Shown here: one piece after another, positions 52,455 through 61,704 of the stretch | How the letters are laid out: every line of letters starts with the position of its first letter | Position numbering within the stretch: the first letter of the stretch is position 1 | Assembly: GCA_963702845.1 (NCBI GenBank) | Contig: OY969763.1 | Coordinates: 2,240,001-2,304,000, forward strand | Direction: 5' to 3' | Length of the DNA stretch: 64,000 nucleotides | Source: an uncultured Verrucomicrobiae bacterium | GTDB taxonomy: Bacteria > Verrucomicrobiota > Verrucomicrobiia > Limisphaerales > Palsa-1400 | Made by a program: the position numbers and the translations under genes | The notes under the pieces: generated by a model | Database searches by the model: none | Told to the model about the DNA's origin: nothing | What the model saw: only the letters and a program-made list of their open reading frames with translations

Positions 52455-52504
52455 CCTGTTCGGATATCAAAATTATAGCGACACCGCGTCGCATAATCAT
52501 TGTT
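52455..52504 (+). other. attI-like site, copy C
   Basis: cctgttcg-N8-aattatagcgacaccgcgtcgcataatcattGTT aligns with copy A and ends at cassette core GTTAGCA. Confidence 0.55.
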
Positions 52505-52513
52505 AGCAAAAAT

Positions 52514-52987
52514 ATGGGTGCCCACCATTTTAAGCTCTATGTCGTGCCGCCCGGGTCCCGCCCGGTGCGCGACGCAGATGGCGACTATGAGGGCTTCTTT
52601 CTTCTCGGGTTTGACCTACCTGCCGTAGTCGTTCAGCGTTTCCGTTCACTTTTCCCTAACGCTAATCCGTGGGGTGGAGTCGAGGAGTTCAACAGTCCTT
52701 CGCCCTGGGGGTCCGATCTCCGTATATTCCATGAAGATGATGGGAGGATCGCCGAGGTCGTCATGCGATACGCCCCGGCGGGCGATCCGATTCAGTTCTT
52801 ACTCGCGTTCGTTGAGGCCGCGAAGGAAGCAGGTTGCGAGCTGCTTGTGGAGACTACCGGTGAGGTAATCCCTCCAGATTTTGAGCGTGTTGTTGCTGCA
52901 CTGCGCACGCACCGCGCATTCCGTTTTCTGCGCGACCCAGAGGGTGCGATCAAGCAAGCCGCCGATGAAACAAACCAGAACTGCTAA
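52514..52987 (+). CDS. hypothetical protein (gene cassette)
   Basis: ATG 12 bp after the start of GTTAGCA; TAA stop lies inside the complementary TGCTAAC. Confidence 0.75.
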   Translation: MGAHHFKLYVVPPGSRPVRDADGDYEGFFLLGFDLPAVVVQRFRSLFPNANPWGGVEEFNSPSPWGSDLRIFHEDDGRIAEVVMRYAPAGDPIQFLLAFVEAAKEAGCELLVETTGEVIPPDFERVVAALRTHRAFRFLRDPEGAIKQAADETNQNC

Positions 52988-53075
52988 CCATCGCGCTGGA
53001 GTGGATGCCGGGTTCCCGCTTCTGTTTGCATTCGGACATCGTCGGCCCGGCCCCCCTCAGCGCGGTCATCAGACA
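52982..53075 (+). other. attC-like site (degenerate R')
   Basis: TGCTAAC, then stems cgcgctg/cagcgcg and gccggg/cccggc. Confidence 0.7.
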
Positions 53076-54017
53076 ATGTATCTCCCTACGAGAGTCATAC
53101 GGTTCCTGATCTGGGTTGTTCTCGCGTCGGCTTGGGGTTGTCGGCAAACGCCCGACGAATTCGGCGAGGTTCATCGTGATAAACACGTCCTTGAACAATC
53201 TCACACTTCGTTTTGGGTCTATTACACTGAAAGCACGGCTGCGGTTAAGAGGCCCGTCGTGTTGGTTGCTGCGGCCGGTTCGGGCCTTTTTTTCGGGAAA
53301 AGCCTGGCCGAGGACGATGTGCCAGAGCACCTCCCTTATGCCGAAGCTGGCTTCGTCGTCATTGCCTATGACGTGAGTGGTCCGCTGTCGCGAAATCCAT
53401 CAGACCCTGAGATTGTGACGGCGTCTCGCCTTTTTAAGGAATCGGATGGTGGAGTTCGGGATGGTCTGGCGGCGCTTGCGTTTGCCGAGAAAAAATACAG
53501 CTTCATCGATTCAAATGAAGTGTATGTGGCAGGACACAGTTCTGCGGGCACGGTCGCGCTTGCGCTGGCACAGAAGAGTCCGAGAGTTAAAGGTTGTGTG
53601 GCTTACGCCCCCGTATGCGACCCGCACAGTTGGGTTGGCAAAGAAAGGCTTGAGGCGCTTGAGGTCAACATCCCCGGTTTTGAGCAGTTCTTTACCACCT
53701 ATTCTCCAAAATATAATATAGCGGCGCTCAAGTGCCCCGTGTTTATATTTCACGCTGAAGATGATCCCGGCGTCTTGCCTGCAGACCTGGATGCTTACGT
53801 GTCAGAGCTGGAGAAAACGAACAAACGTGTGACGCATATAAAAGTAAAAGAGGGGGGGCACTATAATTCGATGATTGATCCAGGTCTTGCGGAAGGGGTG
53901 TCATGGTTTCTCAAGCTTCGGGCGAAGATTGCCGAATCAGAAGGTCCAGCGAACGGGAGCCAGCCGATTCGCCCAGAGACAAATTCAACATCATCGACAA
54001 TTGGCTCCAGTCGCTGA
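53076..54017 (+). CDS. alpha/beta hydrolase (S9-like) lipoprotein, probable cassette
   Basis: AGHSSAG nucleophile elbow, FHAEDD, GGH; C-terminus reads through an attC. Confidence 0.8.
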   Translation: MYLPTRVIRFLIWVVLASAWGCRQTPDEFGEVHRDKHVLEQSHTSFWVYYTESTAAVKRPVVLVAAAGSGLFFGKSLAEDDVPEHLPYAEAGFVVIAYDVSGPLSRNPSDPEIVTASRLFKESDGGVRDGLAALAFAEKKYSFIDSNEVYVAGHSSAGTVALALAQKSPRVKGCVAYAPVCDPHSWVGKERLEALEVNIPGFEQFFTTYSPKYNIAALKCPVFIFHAEDDPGVLPADLDAYVSELEKTNKRVTHIKVKEGGHYNSMIDPGLAEGVSWFLKLRAKIAESEGPANGSQPIRPETNSTSSTIGSSR

Positions 54018-54032
54018 CCTGAAACGTTCGCG
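53931..54032 (+). other. attC-like site
   Basis: GCCGAAT...aggtccagcga..ggagcca / tggctcc.tcgctgacct...GTTCGCG with a bulged base, typical attC hairpin. Confidence 0.75.
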
Positions 54033-54069
54033 CACGGAGTAGACGCCAATGGGAACTACACGCTCCTGT

Positions 54070-56529
54070 TCAGTTGATGAACAACGCTTCGTTGGTCTGG
54101 AGCAAAGCGTGCGCGTACTTTTCCCACGCACCAATGCGCTTAAGCTGTGACGCCGGAATATTTGCCAGACTCATTGCCGGCGCTTTCTTTCCACCGCCGC
54201 CCTTGCGCTGTTTGCTTACAAACTGACGTCCTTCGGCGGAAATAGCCTCGGGCGCGGGCGAGTCGGTGATGAAGGCCGCCGCCAACTGAAGCTCCACATC
54301 CGTCGGCTCGCGCTGGAAAATGTGCTCGTACAAATAAGCGATGCGCGATGCGGCGTCCGCGCAGTCGGTAAATGCTTTTTGGTTCACGAGATTTCGCGCC
54401 TGCTCAACAACCAACGGATTATTCATCATGAACAACGCCTGTTGCGGAACGATGGTTTCATAACGCTTACCCGTCGTCACATCGGGGTTGGCGAAATCGA
54501 ACTGGTTGTAAACTTCGGGCAAATTGCGACGATCGACATTGCCGTAAATCGTGCGACGGCGGGAATAAGGTTGTTCACCCAGATTCACTGGACGCCCATA
54601 CATTTTAAGATCAAGCACCCCGCCGATGGCCAGAATCGAGTCGCGCATCGCTTCGAACTCAAGCCGGTGAATATTCGCGCGCCAGAGCAAACGGTTCTGT
54701 GGATCTTGTTGGGCGTAACGCGGATTATCTTCGCTGCCCTGCTGGTAGGTATTCGACAGCATAATCGAGCGATGCAGCTTTTTCAGCGACCACCCGTCAG
54801 TCATAAACTTTGCGGCAAGATAATCCAGCAACTCAGGATGACTTGGCGGCTCGGATTGGTTTCCAATATCATCCGGCGTGGTGACGAAGCCTTCACCGAA
54901 ATGATGCATCCAAACGCGGTTAACAATCACGCGCGGCGTCAGAGGGTTGAACGGACTGACGATCGATTGCGCGAGCTCCAGCCTTCCGCTGCCACTACGA
55001 AACGGAGAGCGCGTGCCGCCGAAAATTTCCAGGAACCGCCGTTGAACCAAATCCCCCTGGCTTTGCGCCTCACCACGAATGAAGACATGCGAGTCCTTTG
55101 GTTTGATCGCATCATATAATGCATTGGCGCGAGGTGGCGCTCCCGGATGACTCACGTCCAATCGGGTCAAATCCCGTTGCAGTTCGGTTTCCTCTTTCTT
55201 GATGTCCTTCTGCTTAACCCCTGATTTTCTACGCTGACGAGCATTCTGTTGCAAAGAAGCTAACTTCTGCTCCAGCGCTGCGCGCTTCTTCGCGTAATCC
55301 ATATAATCGGCTGTCGGCTTAATCGTCCCGAGAACCGGCTCCTCTCCGGGTTCGGCTGAGCTATTGAACACACCGTGCAACGCGTAATAATCCTTCTGCG
55401 AAACAGGGTCGAACTTGTGATCATGACAACGGGCACATGTGACGGTCAGCCCCATTGTTCCCTTGCACACGACGTCGATGCGGTCGTTGATGATGTCGTT
55501 GTTGTTTTCGTTGAAGCGGTCGCCCAACGTAAGAAACCCTTCCGCCGCGAGCGCCGTGCGATTCTGGTCTTGCGGCATTTTGTCACCGGCGATTTGCTCG
55601 AGCAGAAAACGATTATATGGCTTGTCATCGTTAAGCGAGCGAATGACATAGTCGCGATACGTCCAGGCGTTTGGATAAATCGGCGCTTCCCGATTCTTCT
55701 TCACGTCACCCTTCGTGTCGGAATATCGCGCCACGTCGAGCCAATACCGGCCCCAGCGTTCACCGTATTGCGGTGAGGCGAGCAAACGATCGACAACTTT
55801 CGCGTAAGCATCCGATGAAGTGTCGTCGACAAAAGCCTTAACCTCCTCCGGCGTCGGCGGCAGGCCGGTTAAATCAAACGTCGCGCGCCGGATGAGCGTG
55901 CGTTTATCGGCAGGCGCTGAAGGCTTCATCCCGTTTTGTTCCAACTTGCCGAGGACAAATTGATCGATCGGGTTCGCCACCCAGTTTGTGTTTTGAACCT
56001 CAGGCGGGCTGACGCGTTTAATCGCCTGAAAAGCCCAATGTTTACGCGGATCTTTCGCCCAGGTTTTGCCGGCACTGGCGACACGCGGGTCCGGTGCCCC
56101 CATCCGAATCCACGTCACCAACGTATCAATGTCCGCATCTGAAAGCTTTTTGCCCTTTGGCGGCATCTGCAAATCCGGATCGCTATAACGCACCGCCTTG
56201 ATTAACAAACTGCGCTCCGGATCACCGGGCACGATTGCTGGGCCATTCTCGCCGCCTTTGAGAATGCTATCCTTGAATTCCAACGACAAACCGCCCTTCA
56301 ACTTCTCTGCCTCCGAGCTGTGGCATTTGTAACAATTATTGACCAGAATGGGCCGCACCTTGTTCTCGAAAAACTGGACCTGATCGGAGGAAGCAGGCTT
56401 TGCTAACGGCGTTGCAGCCTCCGCTGACAGCATTGAGCCAATGACAGCACTGACCGACAAAAGGGTTATTGTGAGCTGTTTCAATCCACTCCTATAATAT
56501 GACGGCGACCGTTTGGCTGCAATTGTCAT
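54070..56529 (-). CDS. PSD1 / planctomycete cytochrome C domain protein (DUF1549/DUF1553)
   Basis: FFENKVRPIL..CYKCH, DLTGLPPT, YGERWGR.WLDVARY, CARCHDHKFDP, PSHPELLD. Confidence 0.93.
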   Translation of the reverse strand: MTIAAKRSPSYYRSGLKQLTITLLSVSAVIGSMLSAEAATPLAKPASSDQVQFFENKVRPILVNNCYKCHSSEAEKLKGGLSLEFKDSILKGGENGPAIVPGDPERSLLIKAVRYSDPDLQMPPKGKKLSDADIDTLVTWIRMGAPDPRVASAGKTWAKDPRKHWAFQAIKRVSPPEVQNTNWVANPIDQFVLGKLEQNGMKPSAPADKRTLIRRATFDLTGLPPTPEEVKAFVDDTSSDAYAKVVDRLLASPQYGERWGRYWLDVARYSDTKGDVKKNREAPIYPNAWTYRDYVIRSLNDDKPYNRFLLEQIAGDKMPQDQNRTALAAEGFLTLGDRFNENNNDIINDRIDVVCKGTMGLTVTCARCHDHKFDPVSQKDYYALHGVFNSSAEPGEEPVLGTIKPTADYMDYAKKRAALEQKLASLQQNARQRRKSGVKQKDIKKEETELQRDLTRLDVSHPGAPPRANALYDAIKPKDSHVFIRGEAQSQGDLVQRRFLEIFGGTRSPFRSGSGRLELAQSIVSPFNPLTPRVIVNRVWMHHFGEGFVTTPDDIGNQSEPPSHPELLDYLAAKFMTDGWSLKKLHRSIMLSNTYQQGSEDNPRYAQQDPQNRLLWRANIHRLEFEAMRDSILAIGGVLDLKMYGRPVNLGEQPYSRRRTIYGNVDRRNLPEVYNQFDFANPDVTTGKRYETIVPQQALFMMNNPLVVEQARNLVNQKAFTDCADAASRIAYLYEHIFQREPTDVELQLAAAFITDSPAPEAISAEGRQFVSKQRKGGGGKKAPAMSLANIPASQLKRIGAWEKYAHALLQTNEALFIN

Positions 56530-56672
56530 CCTGATAACAAAAGACGGTTAGCGCCCATAGAAGGTTTCGAAATTCCACTAGCCTGTCATTAGCACAGTTG
56601 AGCTTTTGACCGCACACCATCAATTTCGATTGTCAGCGGCCCAAAAGGTGGCAAAGTAATTATAACCCAATT

Positions 56673-57500
56673 ATGCAAACCCAACATTTGCGACATGGAG
56701 CGTATAATCGCTTCCAACCGGCCTTCACGCTCATCGAGCTACTAGTCGTCATTGCCATCATCGCTATCCTGGCGAGCCTCATTTTACCCGGGCTTGCCCG
56801 CGCCAAAGAAAAAGCCTACCAGACCAAATGTCGCAGCAATATGCACGAGATCGCGACTGCGATCATGATGTACACGCCTGATAACCGCGAACAACTGCCC
56901 GGGCCCACCTGGTCGGGAATGTTTTTTACCTACACGCGGCAAGGCGTTGTCAAAGACAGCTTTGATAAAAACTCCTACGATTCCTATGGTTCGCTACTTT
57001 ATTACATCGCCGCCTACCTGGGACAAAAAAACCCCGATTTCACTATACGCACCGCCATTGTTGCTCAATGCCCGAGCGAAATCAGACGTATTCCGCTGGA
57101 AGCCCATAATCCCAAAACCGTGCAAACTCCTCCCCTCGGCGTCCCGGTAAGCTATGTCTCGCCCTTTACCATCACAAACCAGATCGTTTCTGGAAAATGG
57201 ACTTTCGACCCTGCCATCGACTTCGAATATCCATTCGGACGTCCACAGGTATCAACTTACGCGCCGTCGCAACTGATGACTTATACTCCTTCTCAGAAAA
57301 TTACAAAGTTTCGCCTCCCCTCCAGCACCTGGGCAATGGTCGACTGCGATTATCAAATGATGAACTTCGGGATGGGCGGCTCAACCAGCACCACCTACAT
57401 CGATTTTATCCCGGAGTATCCCGTCCATGGGAAAAATCCTGGACTCAGAAATTATATGTATTTCGACGGCAGCATCCGCACAGCGAAAACGACCTACTAA
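56673..57500 (+). CDS. prepilin-type N-terminal cleavage/methylation protein (H-X9-DG type)
   Basis: AFTLIELLVVIAIIAILA; C-terminal H...NYMYFDG. Confidence 0.92.
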   Translation: MQTQHLRHGAYNRFQPAFTLIELLVVIAIIAILASLILPGLARAKEKAYQTKCRSNMHEIATAIMMYTPDNREQLPGPTWSGMFFTYTRQGVVKDSFDKNSYDSYGSLLYYIAAYLGQKNPDFTIRTAIVAQCPSEIRRIPLEAHNPKTVQTPPLGVPVSYVSPFTITNQIVSGKWTFDPAIDFEYPFGRPQVSTYAPSQLMTYTPSQKITKFRLPSSTWAMVDCDYQMMNFGMGGSTSTTYIDFIPEYPVHGKNPGLRNYMYFDGSIRTAKTTY

Positions 57501-58147
57501 ACAGCCCCGTCGTCTTGCTCGTCCATTTGCGGATAAATGTCGGGCTTAAGCTGCCCTCGGCGTATTAGCTCCTGCAGGTCCCGAATAATCGTCCGACGCG
57601 CCACTTTAAACTGCCGTGCCAGTGCGGAAATATTTGGTTGTTCCTTACTGTCGCGCAGGAGCTGTTCCATTTGGGTTTGGCGGGTCAGGCGATCGGTTGA
57701 TCGGCTGAACAGTTCCAGAGCATCAACGCGACGCGAACGTTCCAAAGCTTCGAACTGCCGCACTACCTCGGCCTCGCCACATTCCCGCAGCGCAATTTCC
57801 ACCGTCCGCTTCAACTCATGCACATCGACCGGTTTGGGAAGGCAAAAGTGCGCACGCAAAGGCCCTTGCAACGCGCGCAATTGTTGGTGCACCTCCAAAG
57901 CACCGGAAACGACCAGGACCGGGACATACGGCAACAACTGCCGGAGCGACGGCAGGAAATCCAAGCCCTTCTGACCTTTGTCGAGGATATGGTCGAGAAT
58001 GACGATGTTAGGCGGGTTCGTTGAAGCTGCCTTAACCGCATCACTTCCAGTGAGGGCTCGGGTCAGTTCAAAATCAGCCAAAGCGTCCTCATAGATCTCA
58101 TATTGCAAATCGTCATCTTCGATGATGAGGATTTTGCTACGCTTCAT
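57497..58147 (-). CDS. response regulator with C-terminal HTH
   Basis: ILIIEDD, VILD, PKP receiver; ISALARQFKVARRTIIRDL HTH. Confidence 0.85.
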   Translation of the reverse strand: MKRSKILIIEDDDLQYEIYEDALADFELTRALTGSDAVKAASTNPPNIVILDHILDKGQKGLDFLPSLRQLLPYVPVLVVSGALEVHQQLRALQGPLRAHFCLPKPVDVHELKRTVEIALRECGEAEVVRQFEALERSRRVDALELFSRSTDRLTRQTQMEQLLRDSKEQPNISALARQFKVARRTIIRDLQELIRRGQLKPDIYPQMDEQDDGAV

Positions 58148-58458
58148 AATTGAAATGATGGTACGACCGTCCCCCCGTAATATCAAGCACGCGCACTGAG
58201 CAGGCTGTGATTCAAAGATGCTCAACCGTATCGCAGGTTTCCAAACCGGTTCGCGGGAGCGAACGGCAAAATAATTTGTTCTAATCTCCCCTATCGCCGA
58301 TTTCCAAATCGGCAGGCGTCGGAAGCAGAACGCGCTCTAAAATCTACCACGCGCATTCAGGTCGGAACTCTGCGATACGGCATCATGCCCCCCATTTTCA
58401 ATCAACCCCACCTGAGCGATGATTTGCAGTTTGCCGCCGGACAACCTAACTTCTCCCA

Positions 58459-59274
58459 GTGCACAAGATTGCATTTTCAATAGGGAGCTTTGATGTGGCC
58501 TGGTACGGCGTCCTGCTGGCGATCGGTTTCCTTGCCGGTTTTTGGCTGGCGGCCCGACGCGCTCCGCGTACGGGCATCGACCCGAATACCGTCTACGACA
58601 TCATCCCGTGGCTGCTGCTCGGTTCCATTGCCGGCGCGCGAACCCTCTACGTGATTTCCTATTGGAAACAAGATTTCGCAAATCAACCAATTTGGGAAGT
58701 GCTCATGATTCGCCACGGCGGCTTGGTTTTTTATGGCGGCCTCCTTGGCGCGATTGTCGGCGTGATGCTTTTCGCGTGGCGCAAACACGTCCCGTTATGG
58801 AAGCTCAGCGACGTCCTAAGCCCGAGTGTCCCGGTCGGCTATTTCTTCGGCCGCTTCGGCTGTTTAATGAACGGTTGCTGTTACGGTCGGCCAACCGAAT
58901 TGCCTTGGGGAATTCATTTTCCGGGAGCTTGTCCCGATTGGCCGCAAGGCCATCCATCCTGGCCAAACGCCGTCCATCCCACGCAGATCTACGACTCGCT
59001 ATTGAACCTTGGCCTTTGGATCGGCTTGGCATGGCTCTATCGCCGCAAAAAATTCGATGGCCAGGTCTTCGCCGTTTACCTCATGGCCTACGCCGTCACA
59101 CGCTCAACGGTCGAATTTTTTCGAGGCGATTATTCGAATATCGGCCTGATGACCCCCGCGCAACTATTGAGCATCCCAATCATGGCAGCTGGAATATTAC
59201 TCTATTGGTATCTCTCCCACGTCGGCGCAGCGGCCGCAGCTCCAAGCTCCAAATCATTGAAGGTCCAAAGCTAA
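58459..59274 (+). CDS. lgt: prolipoprotein diacylglyceryl transferase
   Basis: WYG, GGLVFYGG, GRFGC.MNG, HPTQIY, EFFR. Confidence 0.96.
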   Translation: MHKIAFSIGSFDVAWYGVLLAIGFLAGFWLAARRAPRTGIDPNTVYDIIPWLLLGSIAGARTLYVISYWKQDFANQPIWEVLMIRHGGLVFYGGLLGAIVGVMLFAWRKHVPLWKLSDVLSPSVPVGYFFGRFGCLMNGCCYGRPTELPWGIHFPGACPDWPQGHPSWPNAVHPTQIYDSLLNLGLWIGLAWLYRRKKFDGQVFAVYLMAYAVTRSTVEFFRGDYSNIGLMTPAQLLSIPIMAAGILLYWYLSHVGAAAAAPSSKSLKVQS

Positions 59275-59313
59275 GTTGTAGTCGTTTCGAAAACTGATAC
59301 TGATTACCGAACA

Positions 59314-60201
59314 CTGAACACTACTCCTTCACCCATCTTCATTGCTGGCGCGACCGCCGTCGGCAAATCCGAAATCGCTCTGCAACTCGCCGAGCGCATT
59401 CATGGCGAAATCATTTCCGTCGATTCGATGCAGGTCTATCGCGGCCTCGACATTGGAACCGCCAAACCCTCGCGCGAAGAACAACAACGCATTCCCCATC
59501 ACTTGATCGATGTCGCGGAATTAAACGAATCCTTTGATGCCGCCCGATTCGTGACGTTGGCCAAAGCCGCCGTTGAAGAAATTCACTCACGCGGCAAAGT
59601 ACCCATTTTCTGCGGCGGCACCGGACTTTACTTCAAAGCTTACCTGGACGGCTTGGGTGAAGCGCCTCCATCAGATCCCCTGCTCCGCTCCCAACTCGAA
59701 TCAACGCCGCTCGAGCAACTCCTGCCAGAACTGCAACAACGCGATCCCGTAACCTACGACAAAATCGATCGCCAAAACCCGCGTCGAGTCGTGCGCGCCC
59801 TCGAAGTCATCCGTCTCACCGGCAAGCCATTTTCAGAACAACGCGCCGCGTGGAAATCCACGTCGCACCCCAACGCTTTCGGGATCACTCGCTGTTCCTC
59901 CGAACTCGTCGACCGCATCCATCAACGTGTCGACGCGATGTTTCGTCAGGGCCTCGTTAGCGAGACCGAAGCATTACTCAAAAGCGGCCTCGAACAAAAT
60001 CGCACCGCCATGCAAGCCATCGGCTACAAGCAAGTCGTTGAACACATCCGCGGCGAACGTTCCCTTCCCGAAACAATCGAACTCGTCAAAATCCGCACCC
60101 GCCAATTCGCCAAGCGACAATCGACCTGGTTCCGCCGCCAAATGCACCTTGATTGGTTGAATGCCGATGAACATTGCATCGCGCGAATCCTAAACAGGTA
60201 G
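59314..60201 (+). CDS. miaA: tRNA dimethylallyltransferase (apparent CTG start)
   Basis: IAGATAVGKS lies upstream of the tracked ATG 59428; DSMQVYRG.DIGTAKP, GGTGLY, AIGYKQ, TRQFAKRQ.TW. Confidence 0.93.
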   Translation: MNTTPSPIFIAGATAVGKSEIALQLAERIHGEIISVDSMQVYRGLDIGTAKPSREEQQRIPHHLIDVAELNESFDAARFVTLAKAAVEEIHSRGKVPIFCGGTGLYFKAYLDGLGEAPPSDPLLRSQLESTPLEQLLPELQQRDPVTYDKIDRQNPRRVVRALEVIRLTGKPFSEQRAAWKSTSHPNAFGITRCSSELVDRIHQRVDAMFRQGLVSETEALLKSGLEQNRTAMQAIGYKQVVEHIRGERSLPETIELVKIRTRQFAKRQSTWFRRQMHLDWLNADEHCIARILNR

Positions 60202-60287
60202 GGCGCGAAGCGTCTTGGACTGCGCCAGCCCTCTGGCGCTTTTGGATACACCCCCGGATTCGAAAGCACCCAGAACCCCAAATGCTA

Positions 60288-60316
60288 TTGACTGGAGTAA
60301 TGGTGATGCCTACGGT
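60288..60316 (+). promoter_or_regulatory. sigma70-like promoter upstream of the cassettes
   Basis: TTGACT-17 bp-TACGGT. Confidence 0.35.
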
Positions 60317-60420
60317 TTTCGCATGCTAATGAAACAAGGAAACCTTTCCACCTTTAACGTTCACTTATGACATTAGGCGGAAAGAAGGATTACATCATAA
60401 TATAGTTGGGCTTGAAATCC

Positions 60421-60969
60421 ATGACCCCGGACGAGTTCAAAAATCAGTGGGAACGCGAGCAGATGTCGCAACTTGTGCGATATCCTCGCAGCGTTGTTCT
60501 GGAGCTTTCTATTCCAGAAGAAGCGAAGTCATTTCTAACGGATATTGGTCTTCCAATGAGCGCAGCTCCATTTCTTGATTTCGGCGGATCATCTCACATT
60601 TCCATTCCGACCGTGACCGAGGTTTGGAAAGCTGGTCAACGTCGATTCCGCATCATTGGTTCGAATGGCTATGGAGATCCAGTTTGTGTCGACACAGAAT
60701 CTGCTGGCCGCGTTTTTTACCTGCTTCATGAAGATGAGATGACTCCTCGCTTTATGAATTCATCGATTCCTCAATTAGCCTATTCGCTTCTCGCGTTTCG
60801 TCAGGTTGTCGCCGACACGAACGCGATTGGCGGGAAAGACGCTTACCTTGAAGGGCGCATTCCATCCAAGGTTGTCGACCGGTTCATAACTGAGATGGAG
60901 TCGATCGATCCACCCGCCATTTCGTCGGAGCATTTTTGGTTTCACTCCATCGTTGGAGAGGGAATCTGA
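60421..60969 (+). CDS. SUKH-4 family immunity protein (gene cassette)
   Basis: FL..IGLP, IIGS.G.GDP.C, FMNSSIPQL; flanked by GTTGGGCTT (60405) and AAGCCCAAC (60980). Confidence 0.78.
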   Translation: MTPDEFKNQWEREQMSQLVRYPRSVVLELSIPEEAKSFLTDIGLPMSAAPFLDFGGSSHISIPTVTEVWKAGQRRFRIIGSNGYGDPVCVDTESAGRVFYLLHEDEMTPRFMNSSIPQLAYSLLAFRQVVADTNAIGGKDAYLEGRIPSKVVDRFITEMESIDPPAISSEHFWFHSIVGEGI

Positions 60970-60979
60970 CGGCATGCAA

Positions 60980-61072
60980 AAGCCCAACAAACCAGATGTA
61001 GCGAACCCGGCGATGGCGCTCTGGTTGACCATCGAAGATCAGTGGCGCCGGGTTGCTGATGCTCGTCGTCTC
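60980..61072 (+). other. attC-like site (degenerate R')
   Basis: GCCCAAC, then stem agcgaacccggcg / cgccgggttgct. Confidence 0.7.
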
Positions 61073-61074
61073 CC

Positions 61075-61704
61075 ATGACATCACTTCCCCCCATTCCAGA
61101 CCTCCTACGCCTCACCAAGGCTTTAGCGGCGCTGGACCTGATTCTGTCGCCAGAGTGGGAGTATCGATATTATTCATTCAATGCCGTTTGGTCCCCTTCC
61201 GAGCAGATGGCGAGCATGCGGGATGGTTGTGGCGACGAATGGTGGCTCGTTTTCCACACCAATGGTTGGGCCGCTCTCAAGGGACTGGCTCACGAATCCG
61301 AAGCCTGGTCGAAAGGTGGGAATAAACTTTCCGCTGCACTTCAAGCAGCCATGCCGCCTGACGTGGCCGACTTTGCGAGAGAGCCTGCGTTCCGTTGGGA
61401 CTCCACCAGTTTTGCCTACTTCTATCTTTCCTCCAAACCGCAATGGTGCAGAGCGAACGATCTCACGACCTTCGCCACCTTGGACGCCGGGGAGAATGAA
61501 CTGCTTCGACACTTGTCCGGCACTCCATCGGACTACGCATCATTTGCCACTGACTACTACGAGAAATCGGTGCCCGTAGATGCCGTAGCGGAGATATTCC
61601 GGCACACCCCGATTACCGACCAGCTGGTGTCATCTCTCAACTCAGACGTCACCCTTAAAGACATTACCGATGAGCTTCATAATGAGATCGGATACCCGCA
61701 CTGA
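61075..61704 (+). CDS. conserved hypothetical protein (second cassette-like gene)
   Basis: 209-aa ORF starting right after the attC; WEYRYYSF, MRDG.GD, KG..HES motifs. Confidence 0.75.
   Translation: MTSLPPIPDLLRLTKALAALDLILSPEWEYRYYSFNAVWSPSEQMASMRDGCGDEWWLVFHTNGWAALKGLAHESEAWSKGGNKLSAALQAAMPPDVADFAREPAFRWDSTSFAYFYLSSKPQWCRANDLTTFATLDAGENELLRHLSGTPSDYASFATDYYEKSVPVDAVAEIFRHTPITDQLVSSLNSDVTLKDITDELHNEIGYPH

Noticed and set aside
52312..52509. Integron integrase remnant divergent from attI-like copy C
   Set aside because: The 65-aa ORF shows no recognisable IntI or tyrosine-recombinase motif
52447..54086. atgaacaac shared between the array start and the PSD1 3' end as a target duplication
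   Set aside because: Only 9 bp, likely chance
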